Part shown: positions 8,824 to 17,343 of the stretch, piece by piece
Layout: each line of letters opens with the position of its first letter
Position numbering within the stretch: the stretch's first letter is position 1
Source: an uncultured Verrucomicrobiae bacterium
GTDB taxonomy: Bacteria; Verrucomicrobiota; Verrucomicrobiia; Limisphaerales; J093
Direction of reading: 5' to 3'
DNA: 64,000 bases
Assembly: GCA_937946835.1 (NCBI GenBank)
Contig: CALFAV010000005.1
Coordinates: 117,234 to 181,233, forward strand
The notes under the pieces: model-generated
What the model saw: only the letters and a program-made list of their open reading frames with translations
What the model was told of the DNA's origin: nothing
The model's database searches: none
Position numbers and translations under genes: made by a program

Positions 8824-9642
8824 ATGGAAATCAGGGTAATTGGAATCGTAACTGCCTTTTGGGGACTGGGATGTGCGGTACTACCTTCTGTTCTTGCCCT
8901 CGACATCACCATCGCGGATCCCCACCGCGACAAGGTCATTGGCTCCAACGTGAAAACCGGCCCCTCCTTGCCTGAGAATGGACGGGTCGAGTGGAACGCA
9001 ATTGCCAACCAGACTTGGGACTTGGAAAGTTTTACCCTGAACGGTTCCAAGTTGAACATGACCGGCGGATTTAACTATCTGACCGGCATGGGGTTGATCG
9101 GGACGGGTTACTACAAGGCTCCGATGGGCGATATTTTCGTGTACATCGGCAAGGAGCCTTATTCCATCCCTGATGGGCCGGAAGACCACGATGGACCATG
9201 GGCGGGAGCCAGCGGCTGGGATTACGTGATTGCCTTCGAGCGAGACATGTCCATCGGGCCCAACTACCTCAACATCAAGGAGACCAGCCCTGGCAGTGGG
9301 AAGGTCAACTACGGCATTTTCAATTCTGGCACGTTCCAAACTACCTCCGGTTCGTTGGCGCTGAACGCCGGATTACCCTGGCGCTGGACCGGATCGGGGA
9401 CCTTCGACCTGCAGGCGGATTACGCCAGTTTTTCCGACAGCGAGGGGGCCCATTACAGCCTATACAACATTGACCTCAGTGGCCTGATCGCTGCTGCCAA
9501 TGGTCAGCCCCTTTACCTCCACACCACGATGCAATGTGGCAATGACGTGATGTGGGGGCGTGTTCCCGATGGCGGGTTTACCCTGATTTTGATGGGGTTG
9601 GGATTGATGGGGCTGGGCGTGGCTGCCTACCGTCGCTCCTGA
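8824..9642 (+). CDS. PEP-CTERM sorting-domain secreted protein (uncharacterised passenger)
   Basis: N-terminal signal peptide (VTAFWGLGCAVLPSVLA). The C-terminal VPDGGFTLILMGLGLMGLGVAAYRRS has a PEP-like motif, a hydrophobic helix and a basic tail. G+C is visibly lower than in neighbouring genes. Confidence 0.85.
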   Translation: MEIRVIGIVTAFWGLGCAVLPSVLALDITIADPHRDKVIGSNVKTGPSLPENGRVEWNAIANQTWDLESFTLNGSKLNMTGGFNYLTGMGLIGTGYYKAPMGDIFVYIGKEPYSIPDGPEDHDGPWAGASGWDYVIAFERDMSIGPNYLNIKETSPGSGKVNYGIFNSGTFQTTSGSLALNAGLPWRWTGSGTFDLQADYASFSDSEGAHYSLYNIDLSGLIAAANGQPLYLHTTMQCGNDVMWGRVPDGGFTLILMGLGLMGLGVAAYRRS

Positions 9643-9665
9643 AGTCCGGATCGTCATTGCCTACG

Positions 9666-9700
9666 AAGGATTCCCCGTAGATGGGGAATCTTTGCGTTCT
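9666..9700 (+). terminator. Rho-independent terminator of the PEP-CTERM gene
   Basis: Hairpin AAGGATTCCCC-gtagat-GGGGAATCTTT (core 8 bp GATTCCCC/GGGGAATC) is followed by TTTGCGTTCT, 24 nt after the stop codon. Confidence 0.6.
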
Positions 9701-9818
9701 GACGTGCCAATTCTTGGGCCTGAAATCCGGGCGCGCGACTGAATCTGTCTGCCGCCCCGCTTTGAAACCCTGCCTTGGCTTTACTGGGCGAGGGTTTGTG
9801 GTCCGGGACAAGGCGGAT

Positions 9819-12551
9819 CTACCGGTTGGGGATGAGGTTCAACTCCGCCTGCCGGGGTACGTAAAATTCCCGGTGCCCGATGCGGATTTCCGGCTCGCCC
9901 CAGCCGTGAAAAATCCGCAGCCGGCCGGTGCGGGCCAAGGGCCGTCCATCCAAGCTCCGCGCCGTAAACATCACCGGCCCCGCGTATTGCCGCCCGGCCC
10001 AACTGAGGGCATGGAAGGCGATAAACTCCGGCGATTCCACGAGGAAACCGTACGGCGGCAATTCGACCACCCCGCCCAGGGCCGAGACCACCCGCACCGT
10101 GCCTTCGCCTGCGTGGACGGTAACCGTGATCGCGTCGCGGCCTGATCCGAATACCGTGCGTTGCCACTTGCGGTCCGCCGACAGAAACCGGTGTTCGGTC
10201 ATGGGCATTCGGGCGGTGATCTCGTTCAACGGCGAGAGCAGTTCGTGGGTGTTTTTCACGAATCGGTCGAACGGGTGCCTTCCCGACGTCCACCCCCCGT
10301 CTCCCCGGACAAACACCCCCGGGTCGGCCGCACCGGGTGCCGCAAACCGCACCGGCTCAAAGCGGATTCGCTCACCCGTGAACGTGAGCCGCCCGACCAC
10401 GTAACGGCGCTCCCCATCCTCCGGCAGAGGCAGTAGCGCCCGCTCGCCGCTGGTCGGATCAAACAAACCCATCCGGATGTCGAAGGTGCCGCGCAACCAG
10501 GCCGGCACCTCGCGACCGAAGGTTCCGAACTCCATCACCCCGGGATTCCACCGGGTGGCCGGGGTGTCCGGGTCATGATCGTCTTGAAAAGCAATCTGGC
10601 CGTCGGGCGTGGTGAAGTGAACAAACACCCGCCAATCGCGTCGGGGCGGACGGTCCACCAGCCAGCGGTAGCTGATCAAAAAACGCTGCGCGTCCACCGC
10701 CTCGAATTCCCCGATTGCGGGCGTGACCGCCTCCTCCCCGGTCGGTTGCTGCCAGTACAGATGCGGCGGCACGCTGTGATAATGCAGCGGCCGGCCGATC
10801 AACAGGTGGTCCAGCACGTAGCCCGCCGCCCGGCGAATGTCGTAGCCGTACTTGCCGTACAGGGCGATGCAGTCCCGATAGACCAGCTCAAACAGCGGCA
10901 CCATGACCCCGCCCACCTTGGCCTCCAGACCTGCGTCGTGGAAATGCCGACCGCTGACCCCCGCCAACCCCTCAAAGAAGTCGCTGTGCGGAATGGCCCA
11001 CTCCCGTCCGCACTCGCTGCCGAAGATGCCGAACAGCCCGCGGGCGTAATCCGAAATGGCCTGCTTCCAGTACAGGTCATCGTGTCGGGTCAGCGGATGG
11101 CCCGGGTCAAAGCACTCCATCAGCCCGGCGGCGTAGGTCGTATCAATGAAATAGGCATCAGCGGCGGTCAGCCGGTGGACGGCCGGCAGGTTCTGGGGAC
11201 GTCGGGCCAGTCCCACCGCCATCTTCGCGCAGGTCAGGTAAGCCCGTCCGCCGGCCCAGCGCCCGCCCCGCACGAGCGAGCCGTCGCGGTGTTTCATGAT
11301 CAGGTTCTCGTCCCACGAGGGCGAATCGCGGTAAATGTCCTGGTAATTGTCGTGCAAACCCAGCACGTAACCCAGCGCGCGGATGCGCCGGGCGCACTCG
11401 GCGAACGCCTCGTTGCCGCCGCACTCCGGCGCGGCCGGGAGGATGTCCGGGTGTTGGTTGTCGTAGCCGCGGTGAATCCATCCTCCCATCAGAAACAGCA
11501 CCCGGTCCAGTTCCAGGTCCCGTTTGAGGTGCTCGGCCACTTGCGCGGCCTCGTCGAAGGTCCAGTTCACGGTCACCTGTTCCTCGCGGGTGCTGTCCTC
11601 GCTCATGCGCCGGTCCAGCAGGCTCCAGAGCTTGTAGTTGGATGCCCCGAAGAGTCGGCCCCGACCCGGATGTTCCGCCAGCTTGCGCTCCCAGGGCACC
11701 CACCACCCCTCGCGCCGGGCCACCTCCCGGTAGGCCTGCGCCACCGTCACGTGATCCCCGCGTCCCAGAACCGAGAGGTGGAAGCGGCGCGCCGAACCCT
11801 CCAAAACCAGGCTGATGGCGAGGACCTGATCCGGCCCCAACCCCGGCCGGTTGGTCAACACGCTCTCGACCTCCGCCTGAACGTACGGATCGCGCCAGTG
11901 CACCAACACGGCGGCGCCCTGCTTGAGCGCGCCCAGCATGGCCATGTGACACCCCTCGTAAGCATAGGTGTCAAAGGTGTGCCGAAACGCCTTGCCGCTG
12001 TCCGCCGGGATGAACAACCCCAGCCGCACCGGCACCAGCAGCCCGCCGCGATCCGTCGCACCCACGCCCAGGGCCCGCTCCAGCAACCGCACCCGCCGCA
12101 CCCCCGGCGCCCGGGCCGGGTCGAAGGCAAATTCGAGCGTCCGGTCGTTCCCGCTCACGCGAATCTCCACCCGCAGCTCCCATTCCGGCCGCTCGGGCAG
12201 GGGGTGGAAAACCAGTTCCAGTCGGTTCCGTTCCGCCCGGGCAGTGCAGCGCCCCAGCGCCGCGGCGACCGGCCGCTGGTCCACGGTCAACTCCACCGTG
12301 CCGAACCGGGCTTCAAACGGATTGGAGCGCCACACCACGCCCGTCTCCCGGTCAAGGATCGCGTACGCGCCCGTGTTGGTGGACACGGCCAGCTCAAGCG
12401 CCCGGGTGCGCAGGGTGACCTCCCCGGCCAGTGCCGCTCCGACAAATGCGGCGATGATGCCCGGCACACGAATCGCCCGGATCAAGTGTGGACCGAAACA
12501 CCCCGCACGGCGAACCACGCGGGCGTGCAGGGACGGAACTGGCGCAGACAT
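9819..12551 (-). CDS. Large signal-anchored protein with a central glycoside-hydrolase-like region (GH101/GH129/DUF5696-like; family tentative)
   Basis: Start taken at ATG 12549-12551 (MSAPVPSLH), followed by the hydrophobic segment IIAAFVGAALAG. The central region (LFLMGGWIHRGYDNQHPD, LGLHDNYQDIY, YFIDTTYA, GSECGREWAIPHSDFFEG) resembles TIM-barrel glycosidases. The 140 upstream codons of the track ORF would overlap the divergent cupin gene. Confidence 0.6.
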   Translation of the reverse strand: MSAPVPSLHARVVRRAGCFGPHLIRAIRVPGIIAAFVGAALAGEVTLRTRALELAVSTNTGAYAILDRETGVVWRSNPFEARFGTVELTVDQRPVAAALGRCTARAERNRLELVFHPLPERPEWELRVEIRVSGNDRTLEFAFDPARAPGVRRVRLLERALGVGATDRGGLLVPVRLGLFIPADSGKAFRHTFDTYAYEGCHMAMLGALKQGAAVLVHWRDPYVQAEVESVLTNRPGLGPDQVLAISLVLEGSARRFHLSVLGRGDHVTVAQAYREVARREGWWVPWERKLAEHPGRGRLFGASNYKLWSLLDRRMSEDSTREEQVTVNWTFDEAAQVAEHLKRDLELDRVLFLMGGWIHRGYDNQHPDILPAAPECGGNEAFAECARRIRALGYVLGLHDNYQDIYRDSPSWDENLIMKHRDGSLVRGGRWAGGRAYLTCAKMAVGLARRPQNLPAVHRLTAADAYFIDTTYAAGLMECFDPGHPLTRHDDLYWKQAISDYARGLFGIFGSECGREWAIPHSDFFEGLAGVSGRHFHDAGLEAKVGGVMVPLFELVYRDCIALYGKYGYDIRRAAGYVLDHLLIGRPLHYHSVPPHLYWQQPTGEEAVTPAIGEFEAVDAQRFLISYRWLVDRPPRRDWRVFVHFTTPDGQIAFQDDHDPDTPATRWNPGVMEFGTFGREVPAWLRGTFDIRMGLFDPTSGERALLPLPEDGERRYVVGRLTFTGERIRFEPVRFAAPGAADPGVFVRGDGGWTSGRHPFDRFVKNTHELLSPLNEITARMPMTEHRFLSADRKWQRTVFGSGRDAITVTVHAGEGTVRVVSALGGVVELPPYGFLVESPEFIAFHALSWAGRQYAGPVMFTARSLDGRPLARTGRLRIFHGWGEPEIRIGHREFYVPRQAELNLIPNR

Positions 12552-12683
12552 GATGCGGCCTGTTTGTGCCGGCCCGGGGTGCGCTGCACAAGCCCAAAGC
12601 AGACCCCCACCGGGGCGTGCGGCCGTGTGGGGCGGTTGACCTCCATCAAGGTGCGCGGTGCCCCGCCGGTCCATCCTCACCCC

Positions 12684-13040
12684 ATGAAGAACGAGACGCC
12701 CTTGCTGGCGGCGGACCGGGCCACCGTCCTGGCCCTGGCGGCCGAAACCCAGTTCGCTCCCCACGGCATCGTCAGTCGCACCCTGTTGCGCACCGCGTTG
12801 GGCCGGCTGGTGCTTTTCGGCTTTGATGCCGGACAGGAACTGACCGAACACACCTCGCCTCATCACGCCATCGTTCAGGTGCTCACCGGCCGATGCGAAT
12901 GGAAGCTGGGCGGAGAGACGCGCTCTCTGCAGGCCGGCGACCTGCTCTACATGCCGCCGCACCTGCCCCACGCGGTGAAAGCCGTCGAGCGTTTCTCCAT
13001 GCTCCTGACGCTCATCAAAGCCGAGGCGGCGATTCCCTGA
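12684..13040 (+). CDS. Cupin-domain protein
   Basis: ATG at 12684. HTSPHHAIVQVLTGRCEWKLGGETRSLQAGDLLYMPPHLPHAV is a two-motif cupin_2 pattern. Only the last 118 codons of the 821-aa track ORF are credible. Confidence 0.75.
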   Translation: MKNETPLLAADRATVLALAAETQFAPHGIVSRTLLRTALGRLVLFGFDAGQELTEHTSPHHAIVQVLTGRCEWKLGGETRSLQAGDLLYMPPHLPHAVKAVERFSMLLTLIKAEAAIP

Positions 13041-13665
13041 GCGCGTCGGCGGGGGCGGAGGCGCTGCCGGGGTCGCCCGGGGCCGAGCGCCGCTGGCGCC
13101 ACCGGCCCCAGGCCCATATCACCAACAGACCCCCGCCGGCCCCGGCGGTGTCAATCAACACGTCCAGCGGATTGCCAAAGCGCGCGGGCACAAACGCCTG
13201 GTGCAGTTCATCGCTCAGGGCATACACGGCGCAAACCAGCAGGGCCCGGCCGGCCCGCGGCCACGACCATTCGCGCGGCACCAGGCGGAACGTTCCGTGC
13301 ATCGCCGCCAACACCAGCCCGGCCAGCAGCGCGTACTCGCTCACGTGCGCGGCCTTGCGCACGGCAAACACAATCCGAAAAACCCCCTCCTCCGAAAGCT
13401 CCGGCATCAGCCAGCGCACCAACGGCGCGATGAACCGCGAAGTGCGGTTCCCGGACAGGACCTCCGTCGAGCCGAAGAAAATCAACGCCATCCAGGCTGT
13501 GGCGGGCAGCCAGTAAACCAGGCGTCGCAGGGCACGCACCCGGCGAGGGAACGGAATTTCCCCGCCCGGCGCAAGCCCGGCCCCTGGCTCCGATTCCGAT
13601 GGAGTGACGCTGCGGGCCGGTCGGTTGGAGACCACCCTCTTCCCGGGCAAAAGGAAAGCCGCCAC
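13015..13665 (-). CDS. VanZ-like family membrane protein
   Basis: About four hydrophobic helices with KAAHVSEYALLAGL and SDELHQAFVPARFGNPLDVLIDTAGA, typical of VanZ-like proteins. The start is uncertain. Confidence 0.7.
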   Translation of the reverse strand: MAAFLLPGKRVVSNRPARSVTPSESEPGAGLAPGGEIPFPRRVRALRRLVYWLPATAWMALIFFGSTEVLSGNRTSRFIAPLVRWLMPELSEEGVFRIVFAVRKAAHVSEYALLAGLVLAAMHGTFRLVPREWSWPRAGRALLVCAVYALSDELHQAFVPARFGNPLDVLIDTAGAGGGLLVIWAWGRWRQRRSAPGDPGSASAPADALRESPPRL

Positions 13666-13761
13666 CGCTGCGCCGGAGAATGGGCTTGCCCAGGGCCGCA
13701 GCCGACCGGCGAGGCGGGCGCGTCGGATTCAGCCGCCCCGCCGCGGGCTGTGTTTCCGGAG

Positions 13762-14901
13762 TCAACTCCGCCGGTAAAGCGGCTTGGCGACCACCTCGGC
13801 GGGATAACGCCGCCCCCGGATTTCCACCTCCAATCGGGTGCCGGGCCGCGCAAATTCTACGGGCACAAAACCCATCCCAATCCCCACGCCCAGCGACGGG
13901 CTGAGCGTGCCGCTGGTCACCCGGCCCAGTGGGCGCGGCGCCGGCTCAGCGCTCCACAGCGGGTACTCCGGCCGGGGCGGGGGTGCCGACCCGTTCAACC
14001 GAAACGCCACGCACCGGCGCCGGAGGCCTTCCGCTTTTTGTCTCAACAACGCGGCCCGCCCGGTGAAATCCCCTTTGTCCAGGGCCACGCAGAAGGTGAT
14101 GCCCGCCTCCCACGGGGTCACGGATTCGCTCAACTCGTGGCCGTAGAGCGGGTACCCCATCTCGGTGCGCAACGTATCCCGCGCCCCCAGGCCGGCGGGC
14201 TGCAAACCAACCCCCGCGCCGGCCGCCAGAATTGCCTCCCACAACTCGACGGCCCGCGCCGCCGGCAGCAGCACTTCAAACCCGTCTTCGCCGGTGTACC
14301 CGGTCCGCGCGGCCAGGAGGGATTCGCCGCGGAACACAAACCCGGCCAGCTCGTTTTTCTTCAGCTCGGTGAGCCGTGCCGCCAACCGGCCCCCGATGGA
14401 ACCGCCCGGGATCACCGCCTCGATGAACTCGGCCACGCGCGGCCCTTGCACCGCCACCGCCGCCAGCTCGGCCGAGGCGTCTTCCAACTGAAACCCGTCC
14501 GGGGTCGGCGCGTGGTCCACCTGGGTTTGCAGCCAATCCCAATCCGCGCCGGTGCGTGCCGCGTTGACCACCAGCAGGTACTCCAGCTCCGCCACCCGGT
14601 ACACGTACAAGTCGTCCACCACGCCGCCCCGTTCGTTGCACAGCATCGAATACTGCCCCTGCCCCACGGCCAGGCGCCGCAGGTCACTGGTCAGCACGTG
14701 ATTCAGAAAGGCGCCCGCGCCCGGACCGCGCACGCGGAACTTGCCCATGTGCGAGATGTCGAACAGGCCGGCGGCCCGGCGCACGGCCTGGTGCTCGGCC
14801 ACGATGCCGGTGTACTGGACGGGCATCTCCCAGCCGCCGAACTCGATCAGGCGCGCGCCCAGCCGTTGGTGGGCCGCAAACAGGGGGGTGTGTCGGAGCA
14901 T
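13762..14901 (-). CDS. gcvT: Glycine cleavage system aminomethyltransferase (T protein)
   Basis: [53 protein letters not shown] and a full-length GcvT-like sequence. Confidence 0.95.
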   Translation of the reverse strand: MLRHTPLFAAHQRLGARLIEFGGWEMPVQYTGIVAEHQAVRRAAGLFDISHMGKFRVRGPGAGAFLNHVLTSDLRRLAVGQGQYSMLCNERGGVVDDLYVYRVAELEYLLVVNAARTGADWDWLQTQVDHAPTPDGFQLEDASAELAAVAVQGPRVAEFIEAVIPGGSIGGRLAARLTELKKNELAGFVFRGESLLAARTGYTGEDGFEVLLPAARAVELWEAILAAGAGVGLQPAGLGARDTLRTEMGYPLYGHELSESVTPWEAGITFCVALDKGDFTGRAALLRQKAEGLRRRCVAFRLNGSAPPPRPEYPLWSAEPAPRPLGRVTSGTLSPSLGVGIGMGFVPVEFARPGTRLEVEIRGRRYPAEVVAKPLYRRS

Positions 14902-14931
14902 GGGCCCACGCTAGCAACCCACCCCGGGGCG

Positions 14932-16128
14932 TCAACCGCCCCGCCCGGCGCGCGCCCGCAGCGCCAGCAACCAACCCAGGCCGCCCACCAACACGGCCGA
15001 CACCGCCCAGGCATGGGCCGTGGCCACGCCGGGAAAGAAGTACAGCGACGCCGCGCCCAACGCCGGCCCGCCGAAGATGCCGGCGCCGATGGCCGCCTCG
15101 TGAAACCCGCCGTGCTCGCCCTTGGTCTCGCCCACGTCCATCGAGTAAAACAGCGAGGAGTAGTAAATCAGCGCCAGGCTCAGCCCAAAAACCACCTGCG
15201 CCGCGACCAACCCCCCCAGGTGATGGCCCAGCAAGATCAGCGCAAAACTGACAATCAGCGCCCCAAACGCCGTCACCAGCCACCGAAAGCGGTAATGCCA
15301 GCCATCCCACCACCAGAACAGCCCGAATCCCCCCGCCCGCGCCAGCGCCCACACCGAGCAAAACACCCCCGCCCAGGCCGGCGAGAGCGCAAACTTTTCG
15401 GCCAGCCCGGGAATGACCGGGATGATGGCGTTCACCGCCACGTACGCCAGCGGGTTCGCGATCCACGCCATTTGCATAAACACCCGCCGCGGCACCGGCC
15501 CCGGTTCCGCCCGGCAGACCGGTGGCGCCGCGGTCGCCGCCGCCGGGGCCGGGGCGCCGCGGGCCGTGGTCCGCCGGTGGTCCCGCTCCAACCAGGCCAG
15601 CAACCCGAGTTGCACCGCGTGCAGCGCCGCCGGCAGCAGAAAAATGCCCCGCGGCCCGAAGTGCTCGAGCACCATGCCCCCGCTGAACGTGGCCAGGCCG
15701 CTGCCCGCCGACCACACCAGGTTGTAAATCCCCAACAACCGCTGCAGCCGGTCCCGGGGTTCGTGCTCGCTGGTGATCGCCTCCAGAGCCGGCCACGTCA
15801 GCCCGATGCCGAGCGTCCACCCGATCATCACCGCCATCTGCCCGACCACGCTGGCCAGCTCGCTGCCCAGCACCATCGCCCCGACCAAAATGACAAAGCC
15901 CCACCGCAGCGCCTGAAAGTAGCCGTGCCGCTGGGCATAACGCCCCGCCAGGACCACCCAGCCGGCGTACACCGCCCCGCTGACCGCGCAGAGGGCGAGG
16001 TTCTCCAGGTTGGTGAACCCGAACCGCTGGCGCATGTAAAAGAACAGGTACGTGAAATAGACCGTCGTGCCGTAGGCGTTCAGCCCCTCGAGCACAAACA
16101 CACCGGCCTTGATGCGCGGGGTAAACAT
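14932..16128 (-). CDS. MFS transporter
   Basis: About 12 hydrophobic helices with a central hydrophilic loop. Substrate unknown. Confidence 0.8.
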   Translation of the reverse strand: MFTPRIKAGVFVLEGLNAYGTTVYFTYLFFYMRQRFGFTNLENLALCAVSGAVYAGWVVLAGRYAQRHGYFQALRWGFVILVGAMVLGSELASVVGQMAVMIGWTLGIGLTWPALEAITSEHEPRDRLQRLLGIYNLVWSAGSGLATFSGGMVLEHFGPRGIFLLPAALHAVQLGLLAWLERDHRRTTARGAPAPAAATAAPPVCRAEPGPVPRRVFMQMAWIANPLAYVAVNAIIPVIPGLAEKFALSPAWAGVFCSVWALARAGGFGLFWWWDGWHYRFRWLVTAFGALIVSFALILLGHHLGGLVAAQVVFGLSLALIYYSSLFYSMDVGETKGEHGGFHEAAIGAGIFGGPALGAASLYFFPGVATAHAWAVSAVLVGGLGWLLALRARAGRGG

Positions 16129-16144
16129 GGCGGGTCCGGACCTC

Positions 16145-16666
16145 TCAAGCCTCCAGGGGTGGCCGTCCGGACACCACTTCCCACCGGCCCCGCGGCACTT
16201 CGTGCAGGGCTTGGCGGGCGTACCAGTGCACCGCGCCGCTCAGGGGCGGTTGCAGGGCGTTCAGTTCGTGCGCGCTCACCCAGCGGAGGTCGTGGTGTTC
16301 GTCCGCCGCCCGGGTCAGGGTGCCGCCGCGTGGCCGTGCCCAGTAAATCAGGCCGATGTGCTCGTGGGTGGGGCTGATCCGGTGGATGTCCAAAAACCGC
16401 GGCGCCAGCAACGCCCGGGTGCCCGGCTCGGTGGTGGGCGGCCGCTCGCCCAGCAGCTCGATCTCCAGGCCGCTCTCCTCGCGCACTTCCCGGTGGGCGG
16501 CCTGCTCGGGGTCTTCGTCCAGCTCGATGTGACCTCCCAGGGGCAGCCAGCGATCCAGCCGGCGGTGGTGCGCCAACAGCACCCGGCCCTCCTCCACCAC
16601 AAACACGGCCACCGTAAAGTCAATCCGTTCGTGGATGTGCGCCATCGCGGGGGCGGACTCTCGCAA
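16145..16666 (-). CDS. Nudix hydrolase
   Basis: Nudix box GGHIELDEDPEQAAHREVREESGLE. Confidence 0.85.
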   Translation of the reverse strand: MRESAPAMAHIHERIDFTVAVFVVEEGRVLLAHHRRLDRWLPLGGHIELDEDPEQAAHREVREESGLEIELLGERPPTTEPGTRALLAPRFLDIHRISPTHEHIGLIYWARPRGGTLTRAADEHHDLRWVSAHELNALQPPLSGAVHWYARQALHEVPRGRWEVVSGRPPLEA

Positions 16667-16723
16667 GCGCCGTTCGGCGCGTCAAACCTCCCGCCTCCCG
16701 GTCCGCCGCGCCGATCCGCACGC

Positions 16724-17260
16724 TCACCAGACCCGGATTTCCTCCCAGAGCGGTTTCAGGTCGGGGTCGTTGAGCGCCAGCCGCTGGACTTCGTCCTTGC
16801 TGCGCAACTGCAGCACCCGGCCCAGCCAGCGGCGGGCCTCGGCCAGATCGCCCAACTGACAGGCGTAGCAGGCCAGGTTGTACGGGATGAGGCTCAGCTT
16901 GGGAAACTCGGCCGCCTTGGCCAGGAGCAATTCCCGCGCCTCGGCCGTGCGCTTGAGTTCATGCAGGGCGTAGGACTGGTTGACCCAGCCGGTGGGCTCG
17001 TCCGGAGCGGCGGCCACCTGGGCGCGCGCCACGGCCAGGGCCTCTTCCCAACGGCGCGCGGCCGCGCACCACCGCCAGCGGGCCTCCAGCACGTCCGGGT
17101 GGTCCTGCAGCGCGGGCGACAAACGCGCCAACTCGGCGGCGGCCTCGTGGGTGTTGCCCAGCTCCAACCAACCCAGGGCGGCCTGCAGATGATGGGAATC
17201 CGGCGGCTCGAGCGATGTCGGCACGGCGCGAAACGTTGGCGTGCGCCCGGACACTGCCAA
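16724..17260 (-). CDS. TPR-repeat protein
   Basis: Repeated 34-residue helical pattern (ALGWLELGNTHEAAAEL, YNLACYACQLGDLAEARRWL). The track start is TTG at 17260, and an in-frame GTG at 17224 is an alternative. Confidence 0.7.
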   Translation of the reverse strand: MAVSGRTPTFRAVPTSLEPPDSHHLQAALGWLELGNTHEAAAELARLSPALQDHPDVLEARWRWCAAARRWEEALAVARAQVAAAPDEPTGWVNQSYALHELKRTAEARELLLAKAAEFPKLSLIPYNLACYACQLGDLAEARRWLGRVLQLRSKDEVQRLALNDPDLKPLWEEIRVW

Positions 17261-17343
17261 GCAGAATTTTGTGGCGCGCCCGCGCGTGCCCTCGCCAAGC
17301 TGGCCCCGCTCCGCCCGCCCGATCGGGCCGCGGAGCCGGCATC

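Noticed and set aside
10575-12683. N-terminal 700 codons of the 821-aa plus-strand ORF 10575-13040.
   Set aside because: This part is antisense to the GH-like gene and has shadow-type composition. Only the last 118 codons (12684-13040) form a credible cupin gene with its own ATG.
13201-16377. 1058-aa plus-strand ORF, one of the longest in the track.
   Set aside because: Its composition is extreme Arg/Pro/Gly/Gln/His low complexity. It lies antisense to clearly recognisable genes (VanZ-like, gcvT, MFS). This is a typical stop-codon-poor shadow frame in high-GC DNA.
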